Assembly: GCA_001871475.1 (NCBI GenBank)
Contig: MNVE01000016.1
Coordinates: 133,343 to 197,342, forward strand
Reading direction: 5' to 3'
DNA: 64,000 bases
Origin: Candidatus Micrarchaeota archaeon CG1_02_47_40
Lineage (GTDB): Archaea; Micrarchaeota; Micrarchaeia; Anstonellales; CG1-02-47-40
Shown: positions 40,409-47,896 of the stretch, one piece after another
Layout of the letters: each line of letters begins with the position of its first letter
Position numbering within the stretch: the first letter of the stretch is position 1
Translations under genes and position numbers: made by a program
Notes under the pieces: model-generated
What the model was told of the DNA's origin: nothing
Database searches by the model: none
Seen by the model: only the letters and a program-made list of their open reading frames with translations

Positions 40409-40472
40409 GGGGGAATAGGGGAGGGAAAAGGATAAATACGTTATCCGTATAATGCTGACGGGGGGATGTTTT

Positions 40473-40715
40473 ATGAGAGGGCAAATATCCGCTGAAGTGC
40501 TGATTCTGCTCGTAGTCATCATAGGGGTAGTCATAATAGTGGCAAGCCAATTGCTGCAAACCGCAGGCACTGCCGCGAATAAAATAGATGAAAAAACGGG
40601 AGAGCTTTTTGAAAAGACCGGTGAAGGGGCATTGGGAGGGGCGCAGGGGGAATACTGCGATGAAACGCTTCACTGCAAGGAGAGCTTGAGCTGCACGGAA
40701 AATATCTGCAGTTGA
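40473..40715 (+). CDS. Class III signal-peptide (pilin-like) protein
   Basis: MRG|QISAE followed by a hydrophobic helix (Glu at +5), with a small four-Cys C-terminal module. Confidence 0.8.
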   Translation: MRGQISAEVLILLVVIIGVVIIVASQLLQTAGTAANKIDEKTGELFEKTGEGALGGAQGEYCDETLHCKESLSCTENICS

Positions 40716-40720
40716 GTGTT

Positions 40721-41104
40721 ATGCAAAAGGGGCAGCTTTCCCTTGAGTTTCTTCTCCTTCTTCTGCTATTTCTTTGCCTTATTTCCATCTCCTTTTTTGC
40801 ATTGACAAAAACAAAGGGATTTGTTGAGGCGGAGCTTGAGAAAAAAGAGATGAAAAAGATGCTTTTGGGAATTTCCTCTGAAGCGGAATTTGTCTGCGCA
40901 CTTGGAGAGGGGAATGTGCAGATTGTAAAGGGGAAATTGAACGGCTTTTCGCTTGAGAAGGAAGGGGAAATTTTAAGAATAATGAAAGGAGATGCTCAAT
41001 TTGAGGAAAAGATGCCCTGCGCATTTTACTTTGAGGAAGGAGAGTATGGAGGAAGCGTGCTTGTTGCATATGAGGATGGAGCCGTGCGAATAAGGAAGAG
41101 TTAA
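40721..41104 (+). CDS. Class III signal-peptide (pilin-like) protein
   Basis: MQKG|QLSLEFLLLLLLF prepilin-type N-terminus. Confidence 0.8.
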   Translation: MQKGQLSLEFLLLLLLFLCLISISFFALTKTKGFVEAELEKKEMKKMLLGISSEAEFVCALGEGNVQIVKGKLNGFSLEKEGEILRIMKGDAQFEEKMPCAFYFEEGEYGGSVLVAYEDGAVRIRKS

Positions 41105-41130
41105 ATACTCCGTGCTGGCAAAATCCCTCC

Positions 41131-41421
41131 ATGACTATTTACTTAGAGGTAATCACCTCTCCAAACTGCCCGCATTCGCCCCGCGCCGTGAGGCTTGCCC
41201 AAAACGTGCTGAAGGAGATGCATGGGGTTGCGTTTCAGGAGGTCAGCATGATAACCAGCCAGGGGATGCAGATAGCGCAGGCATACGGAGTTAATGCAAC
41301 GCCTGCGATAGTGCTCAATGGAAGAATTTCCTTTGTCGGGGTGCCTGCAAAGAAGGTTTTGCAGAAGATGCTGGATGAGGAGTTAAAGAAGGAAACGGAA
41401 AAAAACAGCTATTTCTTCTGA
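41131..41421 (+). CDS. Thioredoxin/glutaredoxin-like protein (CxxS)
   Basis: TSPNCPHSP, YGVNATPAIVLNG and FVGVP motifs. Confidence 0.85.
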   Translation: MTIYLEVITSPNCPHSPRAVRLAQNVLKEMHGVAFQEVSMITSQGMQIAQAYGVNATPAIVLNGRISFVGVPAKKVLQKMLDEELKKETEKNSYFF

Positions 41422-41425
41422 AAGC

Positions 41426-42190
41426 TTATATTTTGCCTTTTGGCAGGCGCGAATCCAAAAATGGGAAGACCTCTTCCCATGCGGGTTTGTTTTTTGTCAG
41501 CATATCAAGCGAATTCCAACTTTTCGCCTGCTGATTGATTTTTTTGCGAATATCGCCCCAGTCTGGAATTTCTTTGCATAATGCCATTTTCTGCCTGACG
41601 ATTTCAGGCTCCAAATTTGCGCCTTTTTGCAGAAGAAAGTGCAAGTCATAAACATCCCGCACCTGATTCCGCTGCCATATTGCACGGATTTTTTCTGCTG
41701 CGATTTCTTCCAATTGCATTATGGGCAGAACATAGGAAAGCATATCGGAATAAATCGGCTTTATAGCCAGTGCCTGCGCTGGCATCAGCAAATCCTTTCT
41801 TAATGAAAGGTCAAAGCGCACGGAGCATTTTGAGCGGCTGCTGCCGTCAAAGAGCACTCCTTCTATTAAGAATCTGCCCGATGCTCCGTCTCCAAACGGA
41901 TTGGGCGCCCTTGCAAGCTCGCAACGGTATCCCTGACTTTCCAGCCATTCGGCAGCTTCGTCAAAAACTTTCAGCCGGTGTTCGTTTTCCACGCGCTCGC
42001 AGAAATCAAGGTCCTCGGAAAACCGTTGCAGCCCGTATGCCTTCTGCAGAGCCGTGCCTCCCTTGAAAACAAGCGAAGTTGTTTTTGATGCGATGAAGAG
42101 AAGCAGGAGATGCTGGAAATAATCCTTCTCCTGCTGATTAAGATTGAAGCCTGTGCGCAGTTTGTATCCCTCAAGCTCTTTTCTGTCCAT
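41426..42190 (-). CDS. AbiEii-family nucleotidyltransferase toxin (type IV TA)
   Basis: EKDY, FKGGTAL..YGLQRFSEDLDF, AEKIRA and RD.YDL motifs. Confidence 0.9.
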   Translation of the reverse strand: MDRKELEGYKLRTGFNLNQQEKDYFQHLLLLFIASKTTSLVFKGGTALQKAYGLQRFSEDLDFCERVENEHRLKVFDEAAEWLESQGYRCELARAPNPFGDGASGRFLIEGVLFDGSSRSKCSVRFDLSLRKDLLMPAQALAIKPIYSDMLSYVLPIMQLEEIAAEKIRAIWQRNQVRDVYDLHFLLQKGANLEPEIVRQKMALCKEIPDWGDIRKKINQQAKSWNSLDMLTKNKPAWEEVFPFLDSRLPKGKI

Positions 42191-42785
42191 TAAACCGCCT
42201 CCTAAAGCGAATGAATCTTCTCAATGCGCTTTTATTTTGGTAAAGCCTGACAAAATTCTCAACTGCCCTTAAATTAAACCTGCTCGCTCTCCTGAAATAG
42301 GCTGCCGCCGATTCTGTTTCCTCATCACCAGCCAAATCAGGTCTTGCTATGCAGTCTGCAATCGCTTTCTCCCTTCCTGCAACGAAATATTTTTTACTGC
42401 CTGCTTTTGCGGGATGGAACCCTCCGAATGCCCGCGCAGGAGTGCGATGAAAGGTTATTTCATAATTTGCAAATTTTACAGCTCTTGCGGATGCGGCGGC
42501 GGCAACTTGCACCTGCACGGGTATCTGCGTGCCCGCCCCATGAAGGATGAGCGCGCTCAAAAAAGAGATATATGAAGGTCTGATAATCGCAGTTGCGACA
42601 GCTTCTGCCGATTCGCCCGCAAGCGCGTAAAGCCCGTTTTTTATTCTGCAAAGAACCCCGGAAGAGCAAAGGCGGCTTGCAAGCACATACGGCGAATTCG
42701 TGCCTGCAATAAGCCCAAGCATTTTTGTTGAGTATACTGGATTGTCAAGCTCGCGGAGCTTCTCCACCAATTCAAATCTATTCAT
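42171..42785 (-). CDS. AbiEi-family antitoxin / transcriptional regulator
   Basis: RIKNGLY, PSYISF.SAL..HG..TQIP and EKAIAD motifs. Overlaps AbiEii by 20 nt. Confidence 0.85.
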   Translation of the reverse strand: MNRFELVEKLRELDNPVYSTKMLGLIAGTNSPYVLASRLCSSGVLCRIKNGLYALAGESAEAVATAIIRPSYISFLSALILHGAGTQIPVQVQVAAAASARAVKFANYEITFHRTPARAFGGFHPAKAGSKKYFVAGREKAIADCIARPDLAGDEETESAAAYFRRASRFNLRAVENFVRLYQNKSALRRFIRFRRRFNGQKRA

Positions 42786-42835
42786 GGATGTGCTTTGCAG
42801 GGAAAAGGATATAAATATATGCATTCTAACTTCAA

Positions 42836-42859
42836 TTTCTTAACAAAAATGTTAAGAAA
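42836..42859. promoter_or_regulatory. Inverted repeat upstream of abiEi, candidate autoregulatory operator
   Basis: TTTCTTAACA-aaaa-TGTTAAGAAA, a perfect 10-bp inverted repeat. AbiEi proteins are known to bind promoter inverted repeats. It could instead be the taw1 terminator. Confidence 0.45.
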
Positions 42860-42870
42860 CTGCAAACAAA

Positions 42871-43896
42871 TTAGACTTTCAGGAATCTGCCTTTTTGCGC
42901 TTTTTTATCCCTGCAAAGCAATGCCACTCTGCTTATTGGGTGTTCGTCCGTGTAAAGATAACCCGTTAATTTTGCAAGATTCTGCGCATACTCCCATATC
43001 TCCTGCATGGAAAGCATATCTCCCAATGCCAGCCCGCGCTTTTCCCTTCCCTTTCCCACGTGCATGTAGCTTTTTACCTCTACAAACATCGGGCGCGCGA
43101 TGGCAATTTGCTTTGCATAACCGTCAATGCCCCCCATATTCAAGCTTCTCACTAAAGTCATCCTCAAAACTGTGCGCGTTCCCTCCCGTATTCTCTTTCC
43201 GCCCATAAGCTGAAGAGATTTGCAGTAATTTTCCCAAAGGGAAGGAGTTTGAGGGCGGCAGGTTTGCAAATAAATCTCTTTGTTTGGGGCTGCCATTGAA
43301 ATGTAAAGTTGGGTTGGAAGAGAAGAAAGGGCTTGGAGGGCTTGCGGAGTGGTGCCGTTAGTTACGAGGAATGTGGTTAAGCCTCGTTTATGGAATTCGC
43401 CTATCAACTCTCCAAGATACGGATATAGAGTAGGTTCGCCCGTTAGTGAGAGCGCTATATGCTTTGGGGAGCGGGATTCTTCGCACAGTTTCGCGGTTGT
43501 TTTTTCATTCCCCCCGTAGCCGGAAACTATGTCCTTTTGCGCTTTGAGAAGCCCTTCTGCTATTTCTTGAGGAGAATCCCACTTGAAGCTGGCAGTAGGC
43601 ATCTCTTCAAATTTCTCCTTCGCCTCCGGCATTATCCTCCAGCAGAATTTACAAGCATGGTTGCAGAAAAGAAGAACTGGGGTGCACTGCACGCACCTGT
43701 GCGAGCTTATTCCATAGAATTTGTGCTTGTAGCAGAATTCCCCTCCCCTTAAGCACTCGCGCAGCCACATGCACCTCTTGTTTGCGGAGTGAGTTCCCAC
43801 TATGTGATATCCCTGCGAGCAAAGCTCGCTGAAAACTTCTGGCGGAATGGTTTTTGGGCAGGCGGGTTTTTGTCCCATATAGGAATATTTGCGCAA
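42871..43896 (-). CDS. taw1: 4-demethylwyosine synthase (radical SAM)
   Basis: HSANKRCMW, CYKHKFYGI.SHRCVQCTP, CNHACKFCWR, SLTGEPTLYP and VEVKSYMHVG motifs. Start may be ATG 43878. Confidence 0.93.
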   Translation of the reverse strand: MRKYSYMGQKPACPKTIPPEVFSELCSQGYHIVGTHSANKRCMWLRECLRGGEFCYKHKFYGISSHRCVQCTPVLLFCNHACKFCWRIMPEAKEKFEEMPTASFKWDSPQEIAEGLLKAQKDIVSGYGGNEKTTAKLCEESRSPKHIALSLTGEPTLYPYLGELIGEFHKRGLTTFLVTNGTTPQALQALSSLPTQLYISMAAPNKEIYLQTCRPQTPSLWENYCKSLQLMGGKRIREGTRTVLRMTLVRSLNMGGIDGYAKQIAIARPMFVEVKSYMHVGKGREKRGLALGDMLSMQEIWEYAQNLAKLTGYLYTDEHPISRVALLCRDKKAQKGRFLKV

Positions 43897-43945
43897 ATCA
43901 ACCTTTTTATGCTGATGGAGGCATAATATCCAGTACTTGATTTTT

Positions 43946-45124
43946 ATGGCAGTCCAAATAGATATAGACAGGAAAACCTGCGAAATTACCTGCGCTCACC
44001 CTGAAAGCGTTTCTTCACTTGTGAATGGGCATTATGGAATTATGAAGAAAGGGGTGATTTACCTCTATCCCGAAGAAGCGCTCTACTTGGCGGATATCCG
44101 GAATGCAAAATGCTACGACAAGGCAGGAAATGTTTTTCACTTCAATGATTTGGCTTCCCTTTTCCCGCAAAAAAAGCTCATGGCAAGGTATTTTACTTTC
44201 AAGGATTGGAGGGACAGGGGATTGATTGCCCGCCCGGCGCATGAATTGCCTGCAGGGGTGAATTTCGGCAGAAACCCCGTAAAAAAATACCCCAAAGGAA
44301 AATTCCAGATGGACCGCTATTCCCTGCACGGGGCGTTTTACGAGGATGATTTGGTATGCATAATAGATGATTCGGCTGTCGCAAAGGATTTGTATGAGCG
44401 CTACTGGCTTGGGCAGTTTGCCTCTTACAAAGCCGAGCAGAGGGGCAATATTGGCAAATTGGATATGTATGAAACGCTGTTTATGGTGAGAAACTGCCGC
44501 CTCTCAATAAGGGGGGCGGATGAGAAGAAATTGATGAGCGAGGCGAAGAAGAGGAGGAAGGACTTCCCAGCCCTTTACGAGGTGTATGAGGACTGGAGGA
44601 TTAGGGGGTTTGTGCTGAAGACGGGTTTTAAGTTTGGCACGCACTTTCGCTTGTACTTTCCTGGGGCTTCCCCCACGAGGAATACGGATGAGTGGATACA
44701 TTCAAAGCATGTAATACATGTGTTCCCGCGCAATAGCAGGCTGCTCATTTCGGAATGGGCGCGTGCAATACGCGTTGCGCATTCGGTGAAGAAAACATTC
44801 ATACTTGCAATTCCGGGAAAAGAGGAGAAGTGGGAGGGGAAATTGGAAGTTGATTTGGATTTTGCGCTTTACCACCGCAAAGGCGGGGATATAGAAAACC
44901 CCAAGGATGGAAAGCCCAAATACCTTATGCTTTCTCTCTCGGAAGAGGAGGAGATTGGGGGAGCGGAGCTTGCAAAGGCGATTGTGAAATGCAAGGAGGT
45001 CGGGCTTGAGCTTCTGCTTGCGATTGCGGATAGGGAAACTTCGGTTACTTATTATTTGATAAAAAGGATTGAACTGCCGGGAAGCAATTATGAGTATTAT
45101 GAGATAGAATGGGTGCAGCCGTAA
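43946..45124 (+). CDS. endA: tRNA-intron endonuclease, probably three-unit epsilon2 type
   Basis: L.PEEALYL, VYEDWR.RGFVLKTGFKFGTHFRLY, HSKHVIHV, RAIRVAHSVKK and terminal YYEIEWVQP. ~390 aa. Confidence 0.9.
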   Translation: MAVQIDIDRKTCEITCAHPESVSSLVNGHYGIMKKGVIYLYPEEALYLADIRNAKCYDKAGNVFHFNDLASLFPQKKLMARYFTFKDWRDRGLIARPAHELPAGVNFGRNPVKKYPKGKFQMDRYSLHGAFYEDDLVCIIDDSAVAKDLYERYWLGQFASYKAEQRGNIGKLDMYETLFMVRNCRLSIRGADEKKLMSEAKKRRKDFPALYEVYEDWRIRGFVLKTGFKFGTHFRLYFPGASPTRNTDEWIHSKHVIHVFPRNSRLLISEWARAIRVAHSVKKTFILAIPGKEEKWEGKLEVDLDFALYHRKGGDIENPKDGKPKYLMLSLSEEEEIGGAELAKAIVKCKEVGLELLLAIADRETSVTYYLIKRIELPGSNYEYYEIEWVQP

Positions 45125-45130
45125 GGAACC

Positions 45131-45413
45131 TTTGACGCTTGTGCGTCAAAATTTGAACGCTCCCGCGTTCAACCCTACGGTTTGAGTGTGCTTCGCACAC
45201 ACGCTGTCCTTCGGACACCTATTGACAACTCACGTTGCCAACTGCCCAACAGCTACGCTGTTGGTTTCTCAAACACCGTGCGAGCAGAGTAGATGCAATT
45301 CTCATCCCGACTGCTCTCACGGTGTTCACCCGTTTGAAGACGAAGTCTTCAAATTTTGCCCGATTGACGCTGAAGGCGTCAAGACTTGTCCGAAGGACAA
45401 GCAGAAGGGCAAA
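45131..45413. repeat. Array of about nine hairpins including type A and type B palindromic elements
   Basis: Stems at 45131-45150, 45153-45172, 45186-45200, 45205-45217, 45246-45264, 45272-45326, 45333-45353, 45364-45382 and 45385-45401. Confidence 0.85.
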
Positions 45414-45446
45414 TGTTTCCCTTTTTATTAGCCCGCGATTTTCTAT

Positions 45447-45509
45447 TGCATTTTGTCAAAAAAAGTTTCAAAATGCACTACATTTTGGCGAAAATATTTT
45501 CAAAATGCA
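45447..45509. repeat. Two tandem palindromic units, 32-bp period
   Basis: TGCATTTTG-N13-CAAAATGCA and TACATTTTG-N13-CAAAATGCA. A related unit lies at ~47562-47588. Confidence 0.7.
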
Positions 45510-45600
45510 AATTTTAAGGATTGACCGCCAGTGCCTGTTTTCTTGCAGAACGATTTTTGGCGAATATTGTTCCCGCGCAGAACAATTTCGTGAGGTGTGT

Positions 45601-45758
45601 TTGTTCGGAGTTTGAGCTGAAATTCACTCTTTTTGGTCGGATTTCCGAACAGAAATATGCGTTTTTGGCTCTCTCCTTATTTACGAGGATATTTTTCTTT
45701 GCTTTTTTGTTCGAAGTTTGAGCTGGAATTGAGTGTTTTTGGTCGGATTTCCGAACAA
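45601..45758 (+). repeat. Left copy of a ~160-bp imperfect direct repeat flanking the AbiE pair
   Basis: Two TTGTTCG(G/A)AGTTTGAGCTG...GGATTTCCGAAC units separated by GCGTTTTTGGCTCTCTCCTTATTTACGAGG...TTTTCTTTGCTTTTTT. Confidence 0.85.
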
Positions 45759-45843
45759 AACCGAGGATGAATTCTTCTTTTAAATGAGCGTTGAAGTTAT
45801 CAAAAATGATAACTTTAAATACTTTTTGGAAGAATATATTATC

Positions 45844-46506
45844 ATGAATGATACGGAATGGCTCAAGAAACATCCCACAATAAGGCTGGCGGATATAGAG
45901 AGAAGATGCAAAAGCCATAACTACGCCAAGCTCTTTGCGCACAGAATGCAAAAAAAAGGGATTTTGCATAAAGCAGCAAGAGGAATTTATTCCGCTTCTG
46001 AAGAAGTATTTGCAGTCGCATCAAACATTCATTATCCGAGCTATGTTTCTTTTTTGTCCGCTTCCTATTTATACGGCTTTACCGAAACGATACCCCGCAT
46101 AGTTTCCATTGCAGCGGCAAAAAAATACAGCAAAATAGAGTTCAAAGGGTATACGATAGAATTCGTTCGGATGAAGGAGCTCTGGGGTTATAAAAACGAG
46201 AACGGGGTGTTTTTGGCAGAGCCTGAAAAACTGCTGATAGACGCATTCCTAAAGCCAAAAAGCATGGGGAATTTTGAGGAAATCGAAAGGCTCTTTGGAG
46301 GCTCTTTGGAGATAAATGCTGAAAAACTCAAAACCTACCTAAAAAAAACCAATTCAGACAGAGTATACAGGTGCGTCGGGTATATGCTGGAAAAGCACAG
46401 AAAAATAGACATATCGCGCCTTATGCGCATTGATAGGAACTATTATGAGCTGAATCCGTTTGAAAGCGGCGCGGGTATAAACAGAAAATGGAGGCTTAAG
46501 GTATGA
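45844..46506 (+). CDS. AbiEi-family antitoxin / transcriptional regulator
   Basis: ARGIY, PSYVSFLSA..YGFTETIP and AEPEKLLID motifs. ATG 45844 follows a TTTAAATA TATA-like box. Confidence 0.85.
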   Translation: MNDTEWLKKHPTIRLADIERRCKSHNYAKLFAHRMQKKGILHKAARGIYSASEEVFAVASNIHYPSYVSFLSASYLYGFTETIPRIVSIAAAKKYSKIEFKGYTIEFVRMKELWGYKNENGVFLAEPEKLLIDAFLKPKSMGNFEEIERLFGGSLEINAEKLKTYLKKTNSDRVYRCVGYMLEKHRKIDISRLMRIDRNYYELNPFESGAGINRKWRLKV

Positions 46507-46508
46507 AA

Positions 46509-46700
46509 AATCGCATTGCGATTGGAGACGATGGATATGGTTGTATTGTTTAGTCTCCAAAACATGACGCTGCAGTGTCATGCAGATTTTTCAGTTGACG
46601 CCAGGGGCATCAAGACTTGCTCAACAGAGCAAGCAGAAATTGACCGGAGGTTTGACGGCGAAGCCGTCAAATTTTGACACCTCCGGTGTCAAAGGTCAAT
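46509..46700. repeat. Hairpin cluster, including a type A element, between abiEi and abiEii
   Basis: Stems at 46509-46523, 46522-46560, 46563-46582, 46595-46613, 46616-46633, 46651-46671 and 46673-46693. ATTGACC/GGTCAAT encloses the last two. Confidence 0.85.
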
Positions 46701-46703
46701 AAG

Positions 46704-47450
46704 ATGAACACAAAAGAGCTTGGGGAGTATGCCCGTCTGCGGGGCTTGAACTTAGGGCAGGCTGAAAAGGATTATTACCAAAATATACTCCTTTTTCTGC
46801 TCTACGGCAGTGTCTCAAAAGAACTTGTCTTCAAGGGAGGAACAGCCCTCTCAAAATGTTATGGATTAAACAGATTTTCAGAGGATCTTGATTTTACAGT
46901 TCTGGAGGAAAGGGATTTCATTATTATTCTGGAAAAGGGGCTTGGGGAATTTGGCATTCTTCACATGGTAAAGGAGGAGAAAACGGCTGCCCAAAGCAAA
47001 AAATACAGGCTTAAGGTGCAGGGCCCTCTTTACAGAGGGCTTGAGAGAACGCTCTGCTCAATAACGCTTGATTTCAGCTTTAGGGAGAAGGTGCTTTCCC
47101 CTCCGCTTATCAAAACCATCGGGCATCATATGGATATAATACCGGTTTTTGACGTTTATGTTATGAGCCAGAACGAGATATTGGCGGAGAAGATAAGGGC
47201 GCTTCTTGCAAGAAAATCCGCAAGGGATTTGTATGACATTGTTTTTTTATTAAGAAACGGGGCGGTTGTTGATGAGAAAATGATAAGGCAGAAGCTTGCG
47301 CTGTGCGGAATGGAATTTGACAGAAAAACATTCATTTCAAGATGCGGTTTGCTTGAGGGGATATGGGAAAGCGAGCTTAAATCGCTTGTGAAGAATGTCC
47401 CTTCCTTTAAGGAGTATGTTGGAATGGTGAAGGGGAAGGTTGAGAGATAG
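46704..47450 (+). CDS. AbiEii-family nucleotidyltransferase toxin (type IV TA)
   Basis: AEKDY, FKGGTALSKCYGLNRFSEDLDF, AEKIRA and RDLYD motifs. Confidence 0.9.
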   Translation: MNTKELGEYARLRGLNLGQAEKDYYQNILLFLLYGSVSKELVFKGGTALSKCYGLNRFSEDLDFTVLEERDFIIILEKGLGEFGILHMVKEEKTAAQSKKYRLKVQGPLYRGLERTLCSITLDFSFREKVLSPPLIKTIGHHMDIIPVFDVYVMSQNEILAEKIRALLARKSARDLYDIVFLLRNGAVVDEKMIRQKLALCGMEFDRKTFISRCGLLEGIWESELKSLVKNVPSFKEYVGMVKGKVER

Positions 47451-47603
47451 AGAAGAGGGGGATTGAGGGAGAGAGGCGGGTAAGGGGTATCGTTGGGACA
47501 GTAGTGAAGGAGGGAATGAAAGAATAGAGATTGATGAGAAGAATTGGCGCAGGGAGATAAGGATTTGGCGAAAAAAGTTTCAAAATGCGCATTTTTTCAG
47601 GAT

Positions 47604-47763
47604 TTGATCGGAGTTTGAGCCAATTTTAAGTGTTTTTGGGGGGGATTTCCGAACGAAAATAGGCGTTTTTGGCTCTCTCCTTATTTACGAGGGGAGTTTT
47701 CTTTGCTTTTTTGTTCGGAGTTTGAGCTGGAATTAGAGGGGATTTTGGACGGAAGTCCGAACG
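47604..47763 (+). repeat. Right copy of the ~160-bp imperfect direct repeat
   Basis: Same two-unit architecture and the identical core GCGTTTTTGGCTCTCTCCTTATTTACGAGG as 45601-45758. Confidence 0.85.
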
Positions 47764-47896
47764 AATTATGCTGGAGGGGCTTATTTTGCCGAATTTTAGG
47801 GGAAATTGGCGCGGGGGGCAAGGAAGGAGGAGGGAGTGAAGCTGATTTTGAAGTTTGAGGAGAGGGGAAAAGAAGCGGGCGTAAGGAAAATGGTTT

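Noticed and set aside
45272-45326. Bulge-helix-bulge substrate for the neighbouring EndA
   Set aside because: A 4-bp helix (GATG/CATC) exists, but two opposed 3-nt bulges could not be drawn convincingly.
45131-45413. tRNA, SRP RNA or RNase P RNA
   Set aside because: No cloverleaf with T-loop GTTCRA and acceptor stem, no SRP helix-8 motif, no RNase P GAGGAAAGTCC. The stems recur elsewhere as independent modules.
45186-45969. ORFs 45186..45431, 45235..45615, 45514..45969 and the similar 47626..47979
   Set aside because: They run through palindrome arrays and direct repeats. Their mutual similarity simply reflects the DNA repeat.
47410-47530. 3' echo after abiEii
   Set aside because: Similarity to the gene end is weak and could arise from the purine-rich composition alone.
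45601-47763. Integron attC sites flanking a gene cassette
   Set aside because: Ends read GTTCGGA/TCCGAAC, which do not fit the RYYYAAC...GTTRRRY consensus, and no integron integrase is present.
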